From positions 1 through 53,700 of the IMG/VR virus record IMGVR_UViG_3300013136_000004: DNA of 53,700 nucleotides; one strand, given 5' to 3'. The notes beneath the pieces are model-generated. The model searched no databases, had not been told where the DNA came from, and saw only the letters and a program-made list of their open reading frames with translations. Of the stretch, positions 26,658-35,946 are shown piece after piece; the stretch's first letter is position 1, and each line of letters begins with the position of its first letter. Made by a program: the position numbers and the translations under genes. Source of the DNA: a virus. Lineage: Duplodnaviria > Caudoviricetes.

Positions 26658-29600
26658 ATGAATAACGAAAATTACGTCCATCTTCACGTTCATAATGAAT
26701 ACTCATATCTTGACGGTCTCGGCTCGGCCAAGCAATGGGCAAAGAAGGCAAAAGGGATGGGATTCAAATCTCTTGCCTTAACGAATCACGGAAATGTAGC
26801 AGGAGTGATAAAGTGGCAAGAGGCTTGTCTTGAGGAAGGGATTTCTCCGATAATTGGATGTGAGATGTATATAGTTGAGAATATCAAGAAGAAAGAAAAA
26901 AATGAGGAGAGAAAGCACATAACGATTCTTGTCAAGAACGAATCAGGCTGGAAAAATCTCCTCACTATGCTCACGATAGCAAACACTGAAGGATTCTACT
27001 ATAAGCCGAGAATAGACCCTCAAATTCTTTGTGAGGATTTAGAGGGAATTGTTATTATGACTGCGTGCCATAACGGATTTATCTCTACAGAATGGGGTGC
27101 CTCTCTTCTCGGAAAGCTCGGAAGACTTTTACCGAAAGATTGTCTTGCGTTTGAGGTGATGCCTTTAAAGGCAAGATTTCAGGAGAGATATAATTCTCTT
27201 GTTTTATCAATGAGAGAATCGTTGAGGGATGTAAGAGATATTCCTGTTGTTCTCACAAATGATTGCCACTATGTCAATTCAGATGATGCGACTGCTCAGG
27301 AAACAATGCTCTCTATTCAATCGAATGCGAAATGGACAGACAAAGATAGATGGAAATTCGATACGGATGAATTGTTTCTAAAGAGTGCAAATCAGATGAA
27401 AATAGCTTGCTCGAGGACTCTCAATCTTCAGGGAGATGAATTTATAGAGAACTCTCTAAGGATAGCAGAGCAGTGCAATTCATTTAGAATAAAAAGTCTT
27501 TCTGTTAATCTTCCTGACCCGAAATCGAAAAATGGAGCTCTCACAGAAGAAGACTTTTTGAGAATAGTCGATGAAGGATATCTCGAAAAAATATGGCAGA
27601 AGGTTCCAGATGAAAAGCCTTACATGAAGAGACTCCGAGAGGAAATCGACCTTCTCAAGAAAAAAGGATTCATAAAATATTTTCTAATTGTTTGGGAAAT
27701 TGTAAATTGGTGTAAAGAAAATAATATCATGATTGGTCCAGGAAGAGGGTCTGTTGGAGGAAGCATTGTTGCATATCTGATGGGGATAACGATGGTAGAC
27801 CCTCTCAGATACAATCTTCTTTTCTGGAGATTTACAAGTCCTGACAGGAATGACTTGCCAGATATCGATATTGATTTTGAAGATTCAAAAAGGCACCTTG
27901 TATTTGAGCACATAAGAGAGCTATATGGAAAATATAATGTCGCATCCGTTAGTACTTTCATGTATCTGAAAGGAAGGTCTGTAATAAGAGATGTCGGACG
28001 AGTATTTGACTTGCCTTCAAAGGATGTAGATGAATTTGCAAAATCTCTTGAATATACAAAAGTTGACACGGACATCTTAAAATCATCATTTGATGAGACA
28101 TCTGAAGGAAGAGATTTTGCAAAAAAATATCCTCTCCAGTCTGATATAGCAATGAGGCTTGAAGGAAACATACGAGGAACGGGCACTCATGCTGCTGCTT
28201 GTGTTATTTCAGAGGATGATTTAAGAGAAGGAAAGAGAGGAAATCTTATCTACTGCAAAGGAGGAGAACTTGCTGTCTGCTGGGAAAAAGACGATGCAGA
28301 GAAAATGGGATTGATGAAGATGGATATTCTTGGACTCAATGCTCTCTCTGTATTTTCGGAAGCGAACAGGCTCATTGCACTGAATGGAAAGCCTGAGATA
28401 ATCTTCCACAAAATTCCTCTCGATGACAAGAAAATCCTCAAAAGGTTCGCTCAAGGCGATACTTCTGGTTGCTTTCAATTCAACTCTCATGGAATTACAA
28501 AGCTCTGTAAAGACATGAGAGTATCAAGCTTCGAGGACCTCGTTGCGATAAATGCTCTCTATCGACCTGGAACACTGAGGAGTGGAATGGTCGATAAATT
28601 TGTTATGAGAAGGAGAGGGAAAGAAAAGTGGGAGCCTATACATTCTATTGTTGAGAAAATAACAAAAGATACCCACGGAATCATCGTCTATCAAGAGCAG
28701 CTCATGCTTGCGCTCTACGAGCTCGCAGGGCTTTCATGGACGACAATAGAGAAGATAAGAAAGGTTGTCGGAAAATCGAAAGGATTGGAGGCATTCAATA
28801 GATTCAAAGAAGAATTTGTCAAAGGATGCGAAGAAAAAGGGACTTTGTCGAGGAAACAGGCAGAAGATTTTTTCGACGAAATGAATAATTTCGGCGCGTA
28901 TGGATTTAATCGTAGCCACGCCGTTGAATACACGATGATTGGGTACTGGTGCATGTATTTTAAGCACTACTTTCCAAATGAATTCTATTCTGCTTCTCTC
29001 TCATACGGAAGCGAAGGGAAGAAGGAAGAGATAGTGGAGGAAGTATATGCATCGGGATTGAAAATAAAACTTCCGAAAGTAGGAATCAGCCATTCAAAGC
29101 TCTGGATTGTGAAAGGGGATGAAATTTACTGTCCATTTATCGAAGTTAAAGGGCTTGGTGAAAAACAGAGTGAAAGAATCTTTCGAGGAGATATAGGAGA
29201 AAAAATAAGAACTGTAGAGAGGAAGAAAAAAGAGGAACCGCAAGGTCCGAAGATAAAAGGATTTTTCTCTCAGAAAAAAGAAGAGCCTGTGAAGAAAAAA
29301 GAAGTAAAGGTGATGGAGGGTGGAAACTCTCTCAACTCTCTTCTTCAGAAAATGCATTCCTTTGAGCCAGATTATGAACCTTCGTTTGATGAATTGATGG
29401 AATTGAGCGGATTATTTTCTTTCTCTCTCTTGAAAGAAGACCTGAGAAAGAAAGAATTGAAGCTTAGAAAGATAAGCTATCGAGACGAATCTGTAAGCAA
29501 GTGTAATGATTGTCCTTTAAGAGAATTCGCAAGAGCACCTGTTCTTCCATCTCTCGGAAGATATAATATTGCAATCATCGGAGAATCTCCAGGAAGGGAT

Positions 29601-30053
29601 GAAGACAGAGAAGGAATTGGATTCATTGGAGACTCCGGTGGGCTTCTATGGGAAGAATGCTACAAGCATGGAATAAAAAGAGAATATTGTCATGTGACAA
29701 ATGTCTATAAATGCTTTCCAGGTTCCTCGAAAGAAAAATATGATTTAACGAAGACGAAAATGTGCTGGAAGCATTTAGATAAAGAGCTTAAAGAGCTGAA
29801 TCCTGGAGTCGCTCTCGGGATAGGAAATTCATGCGTTCATTTCTTCGAAAATAAGACATCCGGAATATACGATTTGAGCGGAACTGCAAAGTGGAGCTTT
29901 AAGTATGGCTGCTGGATTTGCTATTGTATTCATCCTGCCTCTCTTTTATATGGGCAGGAAAAAGATAAGAAAGAGAAATGGAGAGAAGGGATAAAAACAT
30001 TTGCACAGAAAGTTTCAGTTCTTATGATGAGAAAGGAGGAGGGGCTGATATGA
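26658..30053 (+). CDS. dnaE: DNA polymerase III alpha subunit with C-terminal family-4 uracil-DNA glycosylase domain
   Basis: HLHVHNEYSYLDG PHP domain, GPGRGS, PDIDIDF, KMDILGL, YGFNRSH; C-terminal CNDCPL...IGESPG...F.G.SG...TNVYKC...HPA. Confidence 0.95.
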   Translation: MNNENYVHLHVHNEYSYLDGLGSAKQWAKKAKGMGFKSLALTNHGNVAGVIKWQEACLEEGISPIIGCEMYIVENIKKKEKNEERKHITILVKNESGWKNLLTMLTIANTEGFYYKPRIDPQILCEDLEGIVIMTACHNGFISTEWGASLLGKLGRLLPKDCLAFEVMPLKARFQERYNSLVLSMRESLRDVRDIPVVLTNDCHYVNSDDATAQETMLSIQSNAKWTDKDRWKFDTDELFLKSANQMKIACSRTLNLQGDEFIENSLRIAEQCNSFRIKSLSVNLPDPKSKNGALTEEDFLRIVDEGYLEKIWQKVPDEKPYMKRLREEIDLLKKKGFIKYFLIVWEIVNWCKENNIMIGPGRGSVGGSIVAYLMGITMVDPLRYNLLFWRFTSPDRNDLPDIDIDFEDSKRHLVFEHIRELYGKYNVASVSTFMYLKGRSVIRDVGRVFDLPSKDVDEFAKSLEYTKVDTDILKSSFDETSEGRDFAKKYPLQSDIAMRLEGNIRGTGTHAAACVISEDDLREGKRGNLIYCKGGELAVCWEKDDAEKMGLMKMDILGLNALSVFSEANRLIALNGKPEIIFHKIPLDDKKILKRFAQGDTSGCFQFNSHGITKLCKDMRVSSFEDLVAINALYRPGTLRSGMVDKFVMRRRGKEKWEPIHSIVEKITKDTHGIIVYQEQLMLALYELAGLSWTTIEKIRKVVGKSKGLEAFNRFKEEFVKGCEEKGTLSRKQAEDFFDEMNNFGAYGFNRSHAVEYTMIGYWCMYFKHYFPNEFYSASLSYGSEGKKEEIVEEVYASGLKIKLPKVGISHSKLWIVKGDEIYCPFIEVKGLGEKQSERIFRGDIGEKIRTVERKKKEEPQGPKIKGFFSQKKEEPVKKKEVKVMEGGNSLNSLLQKMHSFEPDYEPSFDELMELSGLFSFSLLKEDLRKKELKLRKISYRDESVSKCNDCPLREFARAPVLPSLGRYNIAIIGESPGRDEDREGIGFIGDSGGLLWEECYKHGIKREYCHVTNVYKCFPGSSKEKYDLTKTKMCWKHLDKELKELNPGVALGIGNSCVHFFENKTSGIYDLSGTAKWSFKYGCWICYCIHPASLLYGQEKDKKEKWREGIKTFAQKVSVLMMRKEEGLI

Positions 30054-30196
30054 GAAGTACAATCCTATTTATATCGGGGATTATTCTTGTCCTCAAAGGA
30101 TTTGAGCCTCAGGGATGGGCAATCGTGATTTTCGGAATTTTCGGGATGATTACTGGCTATTTCTACTCTATAATGAAAAAGAAAGGACCACAATGA
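30050..30196 (+). CDS. Small two-helix membrane protein
   Basis: MRSTILFISGIILVL...WAIVIFGIFGMITGYF; ATGA overlaps on both sides. Confidence 0.5.
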   Translation: MRSTILFISGIILVLKGFEPQGWAIVIFGIFGMITGYFYSIMKKKGPQ

Positions 30197-31122
30197 AAAT
30201 GCATCCTCTTCATATAAGATATAGGCCGAAATCTTTCGATGAAGTTATCGGAAATGAAGGAGTAGTTGAATCTCTCATTGGTCTTTTTTCGAGAAAGGAC
30301 GGGGTTCCTCATTCCTTCCTTTTTACAGGTCCTTCAGGGTGCGGAAAGACAACTCTTGCGAGGGTAATTGGAGGAGAGATAGATTGTGACCCAGCGGAAT
30401 TCTTCGAGATAAATTCAAGTGAGGCAAGAGGAATCGACACAATAAGAGATATTATAAATAAGTGCTCTTTCTCTCCAATGTATGGAAAATCGAAAATATA
30501 TCTTTTAGACGAGTGTCACAAGCTAACAAGTGATGCTCAAAACGCATTGCTGAAAATCCTCGAAGATACTCCTTCTCATGTATTCTTTATTCTTTGCACA
30601 ACTGACCCGGATAAGGTGATAAAGACGATAAAGAATCGTTGTCATTGCTTCTCAGTTTCAACTCTTCAGAGAGCGAAAATTCTCAGGCTCTTGAAAGGAG
30701 TTCTTCAAAAGGAAAATGCAGAAGTTGACATCTCAGTTCTCCAGAAGATATGTGAGTGTTGTGAAGGAAGCCCAAGGCAAGCTCTTGTCATGCTTGACCA
30801 GGTAATGGATATTGGAGACAAGGAAATTGCACTTCAGACGATAATTGATTTAACGATAAATGATGTTGTTATAACAGATGTCTGCAAGGCGGTATTGGAA
30901 GGTAAGAGCTGGGAGTATATAGCGAATCTCTTAAAAGGGATAGATGATGACCCGGAGAAAGTAAGATATGCCGTCTTGACATATATGAGTAAGGTCCTTC
31001 TAAATGGAGGGGCTGGGAATATGAAAGCTCTGAAGACAATCTCTATCTTTCGTGATACCTGGATGTATTCCGGAAAAGCTGCGATGATAGAGTCTTTCTT
31101 CTATGCTTGTCAAAAAGAATAA
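30193..31122 (+). CDS. dnaX: Clamp loader AAA+ ATPase (Pol III gamma/tau-like)
   Basis: YRPKSFDEVIG, GPSGCGKTT, LDECH, NALLKILED, KNRC, GSPR. Confidence 0.92.
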   Translation: MKMHPLHIRYRPKSFDEVIGNEGVVESLIGLFSRKDGVPHSFLFTGPSGCGKTTLARVIGGEIDCDPAEFFEINSSEARGIDTIRDIINKCSFSPMYGKSKIYLLDECHKLTSDAQNALLKILEDTPSHVFFILCTTDPDKVIKTIKNRCHCFSVSTLQRAKILRLLKGVLQKENAEVDISVLQKICECCEGSPRQALVMLDQVMDIGDKEIALQTIIDLTINDVVITDVCKAVLEGKSWEYIANLLKGIDDDPEKVRYAVLTYMSKVLLNGGAGNMKALKTISIFRDTWMYSGKAAMIESFFYACQKE

Positions 31123-31145
31123 CCAATAAAAAAGGAGGAAAGGAA

Positions 31146-31388
31146 ATGTCAATTATTGCGAAATACAAGACAGAGGCAGGAGAATTACAAGTTCTCGAGA
31201 CCAAGACGAGATATGGAACTCGTTACTACTGGAGAACGACATCAAGAAATGGAGAGGAGATAGGGAGAAATAGTGAAAATTACGAGAGGCTTCAAGGATG
31301 TCTCAGGAGCCTCAGAGCCGAGATAAAGATAATAGGGAATCTTCCCTCGATTGAGGAAATCGCTTGTGACATGGGAATAAAATTATAA
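31146..31388 (+). CDS. YegP/DUF1508-like small protein
   Basis: YYWRTTSRNGEEIGRNSENY pattern. Confidence 0.55.
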   Translation: MSIIAKYKTEAGELQVLETKTRYGTRYYWRTTSRNGEEIGRNSENYERLQGCLRSLRAEIKIIGNLPSIEEIACDMGIKL

Positions 31389-31392
31389 ATAA

Positions 31393-31421
31393 TTCTCAAT
31401 TTCAGAAAAAGAATATATAAT
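31393..31421 (+). promoter_or_regulatory. Phage-specific promoter of the recombination operon
   Basis: TTCTCAATTT-N13-TATAAT, intergenic. Confidence 0.75.
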
Positions 31422-31453
31422 CATAATATCAAAATATAGACCAGGGAAATCTC

Positions 31454-31969
31454 ATGGAATACAACTATAAAAAAGAGCTGGAGATAGACATCTATAATCT
31501 CGACAAGGAGCTTGAGAGGCAGTCAGTTCTTTTCATGAAATATGCAGAGGCAGAAGTTGATGCTTCAGATGAAAGAGATAGAAAGAAAAGAGCGCTTGAT
31601 GTTTTAAGAGCGGACCTCGACAAGGAAATTCGCTCCAAAGACCCGAAAAAATACGGAATAGAGAAGTTCACAGAAGCTGCAATTGCCGGGTTGATATTGA
31701 CAGATGAGAGATATAAAGCAGCCGAACTTGAATTTCTTGAAAAGAATAAGCGGACAAAGCTTCTTGGTTCTGCAAAGGAAGCATTTGAACAGAGAAAGCG
31801 AATGATAGAGAAGCTTGTCGACTTATATATCTCAGGGGTATATTCTGTCCCGAGACAGAGAAAAAGCGAGGATGCAAAAGAAGGAACTGCTTCACATAAA
31901 GAAAATCTCAAAACAGGTGCAACAGCAGACCGCTTAGAAGAAAGCAGAAGGAGGAAAGAAAATGCCTAA
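31454..31969 (+). CDS. UvsY-like recombination mediator
   Basis: ELEIDIYNLDKELERQ...TEAAI...AFEQRKRMI helical pattern; upstream of the SSB and RecA genes. Confidence 0.65.
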   Translation: MEYNYKKELEIDIYNLDKELERQSVLFMKYAEAEVDASDERDRKKRALDVLRADLDKEIRSKDPKKYGIEKFTEAAIAGLILTDERYKAAELEFLEKNKRTKLLGSAKEAFEQRKRMIEKLVDLYISGVYSVPRQRKSEDAKEGTASHKENLKTGATADRLEESRRRKENA

Positions 31970-32981
31970 GTTTGACAGAGAAAAAGCACGAAAGGACCTT
32001 CAGAGGAGACATCAAGAGTCTCACGAAAGAATGGGAGGAGAGCAGTCATATAAGTATTTCAAGACCGACGTCGATATCCCCTTCTTCAAGGCAACAATAA
32101 CCAAAAACAAGCCTCACATCATCGACATCATCCCTTATCTCGCAGGAAAAAATCCGCCCCAGGTGAGTCAGAAGAATGTCATTCGTCCAAACGACCCGAT
32201 GTATGTCTCGGAAGTCTTCGTCCATCAAAATATCGGGCCGTCAGGGGACAAGTGGTTTCTCTGCCTGGCAAAGAATTTCGGATTGCCTTGTCCCGTCTGC
32301 GAAGATATCGCAGAGATGGAGCGGGAAGGAAAAGAGTACGATGATTATGCGGATATCGCTCCGAAGAGCAGATGCGCATACAATGTCGTTTGCTACGACG
32401 ATGCGACAGAGGAGAAGAAAGGGATTCAAATCTGGGAAGTCTCTCGAAAATATTCGGAAGACATTCTTCAGAAAATCTCTCGCTCCGGGAGAACAGGCGG
32501 AGTGGTCTTCTATGCCGATACAGATGTCGGACAGTCGATTGAATTCGATGTTGCAGATGACAAATATCGGACGATTTCTGGTCACCGCCTGGTTCCGAGA
32601 GATTACAAAATATCGGACGAGATAATTGACAAAGCATTCTGTCTTGATGAAATCCTTCACGTTCCGACATATGAGGAAATTGCCGAATGCCACTTCGGAA
32701 AGAAAAAGGCAGATGCTCCGGCACCTGAAAAAGAAGATGACGTTCCGATGAGTCCTACTCGGACAGAATCTCCGAAAGCCCCGGAGCCTGAGAAGGAAAA
32801 AGAGTCAGAAAATAAGTGCCCGGACGGCGGAACTTTCGGAGTCGACATCGATAAGAGGAATGCCTGTGGAGGCGGGACTTGCAAAAAATATCTCCTTTGT
32901 GAGGAAGAGATGGTAAAGCTCGAAGAAAAACGACTCCGGGACAGAATGGCCGCTCGAGAAGCTCGGAACCAGGAGAAGTAA
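31962..32981 (+). CDS. T4 gp32-like single-stranded DNA-binding protein
   Basis: VH...CL...FG.PCPVCE zinc site, YNVV, IQIW, acidic/Pro-rich tail with an extra Cys-rich terminal domain. Confidence 0.75.
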   Translation: MPKFDREKARKDLQRRHQESHERMGGEQSYKYFKTDVDIPFFKATITKNKPHIIDIIPYLAGKNPPQVSQKNVIRPNDPMYVSEVFVHQNIGPSGDKWFLCLAKNFGLPCPVCEDIAEMEREGKEYDDYADIAPKSRCAYNVVCYDDATEEKKGIQIWEVSRKYSEDILQKISRSGRTGGVVFYADTDVGQSIEFDVADDKYRTISGHRLVPRDYKISDEIIDKAFCLDEILHVPTYEEIAECHFGKKKADAPAPEKEDDVPMSPTRTESPKAPEPEKEKESENKCPDGGTFGVDIDKRNACGGGTCKKYLLCEEEMVKLEEKRLRDRMAAREARNQEK

Positions 32982-34061
32982 ATGGAAGAGAGTACCGCAA
33001 GTATTGCTCGACAGGTAGAAGAGGAGTCGAAGAAAAAAGTTAAGACTTCGACTCCTCTCTCGCTCACAACAGGCTCCGTCATGTTAAATCTTGCTCTTTC
33101 TGACAGGAGCGATGCAGGAGTAGATTCTGGGACATTTGTCAATATAGTAGGAGACCATAGTGCCGGAAAAACATTCCTTCTCTGGCACATGTTCGCAGAG
33201 GCTGCCTACAACAAGGCATTCGATAAATACGATATCTACTACGATGAGCCTGAGGTTTCTCTTAAAATAAACATTCCTCTTCTTTTCGGAGAAAAAGTTG
33301 AGAAAAGAGTAAAGAGGAGCATTTGTTCGTATACCGTTCAAGATTTTCACGACAACGTCATGACTCTTGCTCAAAAAGGAAAGCCCTTTATTCTCGGACT
33401 CGATAGTTGGGATGGATTGACAAGCGATGAGGAGATAAAGAAGGAGGCGAAGAAGGGCGGATATATGACCGAGGGAGCCACTGTCAGCGGCCGTATATTT
33501 AGAAAGGCGATGAGCAAGATTTCTGAAACAAATTCATATCTGATTGTTATCTCACAGACAAGAGATAATATTGGAGTGATGTTTGGACCCTCAAAGACTC
33601 GCTCCGGCGGGAATGCGATGCACTTCTGGAATTCACACGAATTGTGGATGGCAGTTGCTTCTCACATGAAGCGAACATACAGGAGCAAAGAGATTGACGT
33701 CGGAATCAATGCTCGTGTCGCAGTAAAGAAAAATAAATTGACCGGAAAGTTGAGAGAGGCTGAATTTCCAATCTACTTCGATTTCGGGATAGACGATATT
33801 ACTTCGATGATTAACTGGATGGTTTCGTGGAAATTCTGGACCGTTGAGACGATAGAAGAGACTGGAGATGATGGAAAGCCGAAAAAAGTCAAAGGAGCTA
33901 TCGATACGAAAGGCGATTTCATATCTGCGAAAATCGGAGATTTGATTTCTCATATAGAATCGCAAAAGCTCGTTCCGAAGCTCACAGAGATTGTTTCTTC
34001 TCGATGGAGAGAGATAGAAGATGCTATCTCTACCGGAAGAAAAAATAAGTACCAGGAGTAG
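32982..34061 (+). CDS. recA: RecA/UvsX-like recombinase
   Basis: TTGSVMLNLALS, GDHSAGKT, LDSWD, ISQTRDNIG, SGGNAMHF, KKNK. Confidence 0.9.
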   Translation: MEESTASIARQVEEESKKKVKTSTPLSLTTGSVMLNLALSDRSDAGVDSGTFVNIVGDHSAGKTFLLWHMFAEAAYNKAFDKYDIYYDEPEVSLKINIPLLFGEKVEKRVKRSICSYTVQDFHDNVMTLAQKGKPFILGLDSWDGLTSDEEIKKEAKKGGYMTEGATVSGRIFRKAMSKISETNSYLIVISQTRDNIGVMFGPSKTRSGGNAMHFWNSHELWMAVASHMKRTYRSKEIDVGINARVAVKKNKLTGKLREAEFPIYFDFGIDDITSMINWMVSWKFWTVETIEETGDDGKPKKVKGAIDTKGDFISAKIGDLISHIESQKLVPKLTEIVSSRWREIEDAISTGRKNKYQE

Positions 34062-34076
34062 GGATTTGAAATAAAA

Positions 34077-34271
34077 ATGAGCTTTGAAAGAGACGTCACA
34101 TTTACAGGGAAGATAGTTAGGAAGACGGCACTCGCTATTCTTTTCTCTCCGGAAGATAGAGAGGAAGAAATCTGGCTTCCTAATTCTCAAATTCAAATAG
34201 ATGGAATAGACGGGAATATTTTCGAAATAACAATTCCTGTCTGGCTTGCATTAGAAAAAGATTTGATTTAA
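34077..34271 (+). CDS. Small beta-barrel hypothetical protein
   Basis: TALAILF...IWLPNSQI...IPVWLA.EKDL, a recurring phage pattern. Confidence 0.6.
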   Translation: MSFERDVTFTGKIVRKTALAILFSPEDREEEIWLPNSQIQIDGIDGNIFEITIPVWLALEKDLI

Positions 34272-34321
34272 TTTTTTTTTAAACTCTTCTTTTTCTCATG
34301 TATAGTTATGTTTAGAGGAAG

Positions 34322-35164
34322 ATGATAATAATAGTTGATAGCCACTCAATCGGTCATATGCTTAAGCACAAGCTCTTCGGATTAACGTATGGGGAGAAGC
34401 AGACAGGGATTGTGTTTGGTTTTTTTCGGAATATTCTTTCTCTTTCAACTAAATACTACGGGGCCAAGTTTGTCTTTGTTTGGGATTCTCAGCATAGTAT
34501 CAGAAAGAAAATGTATTCTAAATATAAGGCGAGATATAAGAAAGAGCAGACGGCAGAAGAAATACTAATCGATAGTGCCACATTCAGACAATTTTTGAAG
34601 CTTAGAACTTTATATCTTCCTCTCTGCGGATTTAGAAATATTTTTTATTCTCACGGATACGAGGCAGATGACATAATAGCATCAATTATTAAAAGAGAAA
34701 AAAACGAGGCGTTTCTTATCGTCTCAAAAGACAATGATTTGCTTCAGCTTCTTTCTTCTACAGTCAAGATGTATTTTGTAGATAAGAAAGAAGAATATGG
34801 AGAGAAAGAATTTGTTAGAGATAGAGGAATAGTGCCGGAGCAATGGATAGACGTAAAATCTATTGCAGGGTGCACTTCCGATACAGTTCCTGGAATAAAA
34901 GGAGTAGGAGAAGAGACAGCGATAAAATATCTCAGAGGAGAGCTTCCTTCTCATTATAAATCTTATTCGTCCATCGTTGACGGAAAGGATGTGATAGAGA
35001 GAAATAGAGCGCTTGTAAGTCTTCCTCTTGAAGGATGTCCTGAGTTTAGAATACAAGAGGACAATCTTTCATTTGCAGGGTTTGAGGAAATTTCGAGGTC
35101 TCTTGGATTCAATTCGTTTCTAAATGACAGGAAGTGGAAGAGGTTCTTTTCTAAAAGCTTGTGA
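34322..35164 (+). CDS. 5'-3' exonuclease/flap endonuclease (T4 RNase H-like)
   Basis: IVDS, VWD, YKA, GYEADDII, SKDNDLLQL, GCTSDTVPGIKGVGEETA. Confidence 0.92.
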   Translation: MIIIVDSHSIGHMLKHKLFGLTYGEKQTGIVFGFFRNILSLSTKYYGAKFVFVWDSQHSIRKKMYSKYKARYKKEQTAEEILIDSATFRQFLKLRTLYLPLCGFRNIFYSHGYEADDIIASIIKREKNEAFLIVSKDNDLLQLLSSTVKMYFVDKKEEYGEKEFVRDRGIVPEQWIDVKSIAGCTSDTVPGIKGVGEETAIKYLRGELPSHYKSYSSIVDGKDVIERNRALVSLPLEGCPEFRIQEDNLSFAGFEEISRSLGFNSFLNDRKWKRFFSKSL

Positions 35165-35185
35165 GCGGAGGAAGATTGATAAGAG

Positions 35186-35764
35186 GTGGATAAAGAAGCG
35201 ATTTCGAGAACAACAGTACTGATATGTAGATATAAATCTGCTAAAACAGATTTACAAAAAAGTCAAATACGAAACATATTGTTCGATGAATTAGCGCCAT
35301 ACCTGGAAAGATGGGTTGGAGCAGCTCTAAAGAAAAAAGGGCAATTTCTTGAATCGACAGAATTTGTTTCATTCATGTGGGATTGCTTTCTTTTTTGCCT
35401 TGATAGATTCAATGAGGAGAAGAAAATCCCAATTCCTCAGCACTTCTATCGATATATTGTTTATTGTGTCCTGACAAAGATTGTGAGCGAAAACCATACT
35501 CCTGATTTCGAGGAGTATGTCGACGAGAAAGAATATACGGATGAAGGAGGAGAGGATGTTAGACTCTTCTTTTCTGAGATTTCCGAGTTTCGCTCTCGAC
35601 TATCTGAAAACTACAAAATAATATTTGATGATGCTCTTCTAAGCATGAATCCTGAAAGAAAGAATAGAATGAAGAGACAAGAAGAGAGCTTTACATCTTA
35701 CTATAAATACTGTGAGGCGAAAAATATTTATAAGCAGGTCATCGAATATTTCTTGAGTAGATAA
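35186..35764 (+). CDS. Putative phage sigma-factor-like protein
   Basis: IRNILFDELAPYL...FCLDRFNEEK...HFYRYI resembles sigma region 2; RSRLSENYKIIF resembles region 4. Confidence 0.5.
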   Translation: MDKEAISRTTVLICRYKSAKTDLQKSQIRNILFDELAPYLERWVGAALKKKGQFLESTEFVSFMWDCFLFCLDRFNEEKKIPIPQHFYRYIVYCVLTKIVSENHTPDFEEYVDEKEYTDEGGEDVRLFFSEISEFRSRLSENYKIIFDDALLSMNPERKNRMKRQEESFTSYYKYCEAKNIYKQVIEYFLSR

Positions 35765-35770
35765 AAATAT

Positions 35771-35799
35771 TTCTCAATTTCTAAATAAGAATATATAAT
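35771..35799 (+). promoter_or_regulatory. Phage-specific promoter of the SbcCD operon
   Basis: TTCTCAATTT-N13-TATAAT, intergenic. Confidence 0.75.
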
Positions 35800-35845
35800 G
35801 AAAATGTAGATAAATAAATTGACCGATATTTTTATATGATGAGGA

Positions 35846-35946
35846 AGGAGGAAGATATGAAGTAGTCCATAGAAGCTGGGGCGGAGAATTCTCGTCCCTA
35901 ATCCCCCACTGTCTCCGTCCCGGCTTCTCTTCATGTCAATCTCATG
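35846..35946 (+). promoter_or_regulatory. Leader hairpin bridging a distal Shine-Dalgarno to the start codon
   Basis: AGGAGG at 35846-35851; stems 35854-35862/35929-35937 and 35871-35887/35912-35928 (mismatches are G-U on the + strand); ATG at 35944. Confidence 0.6.
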
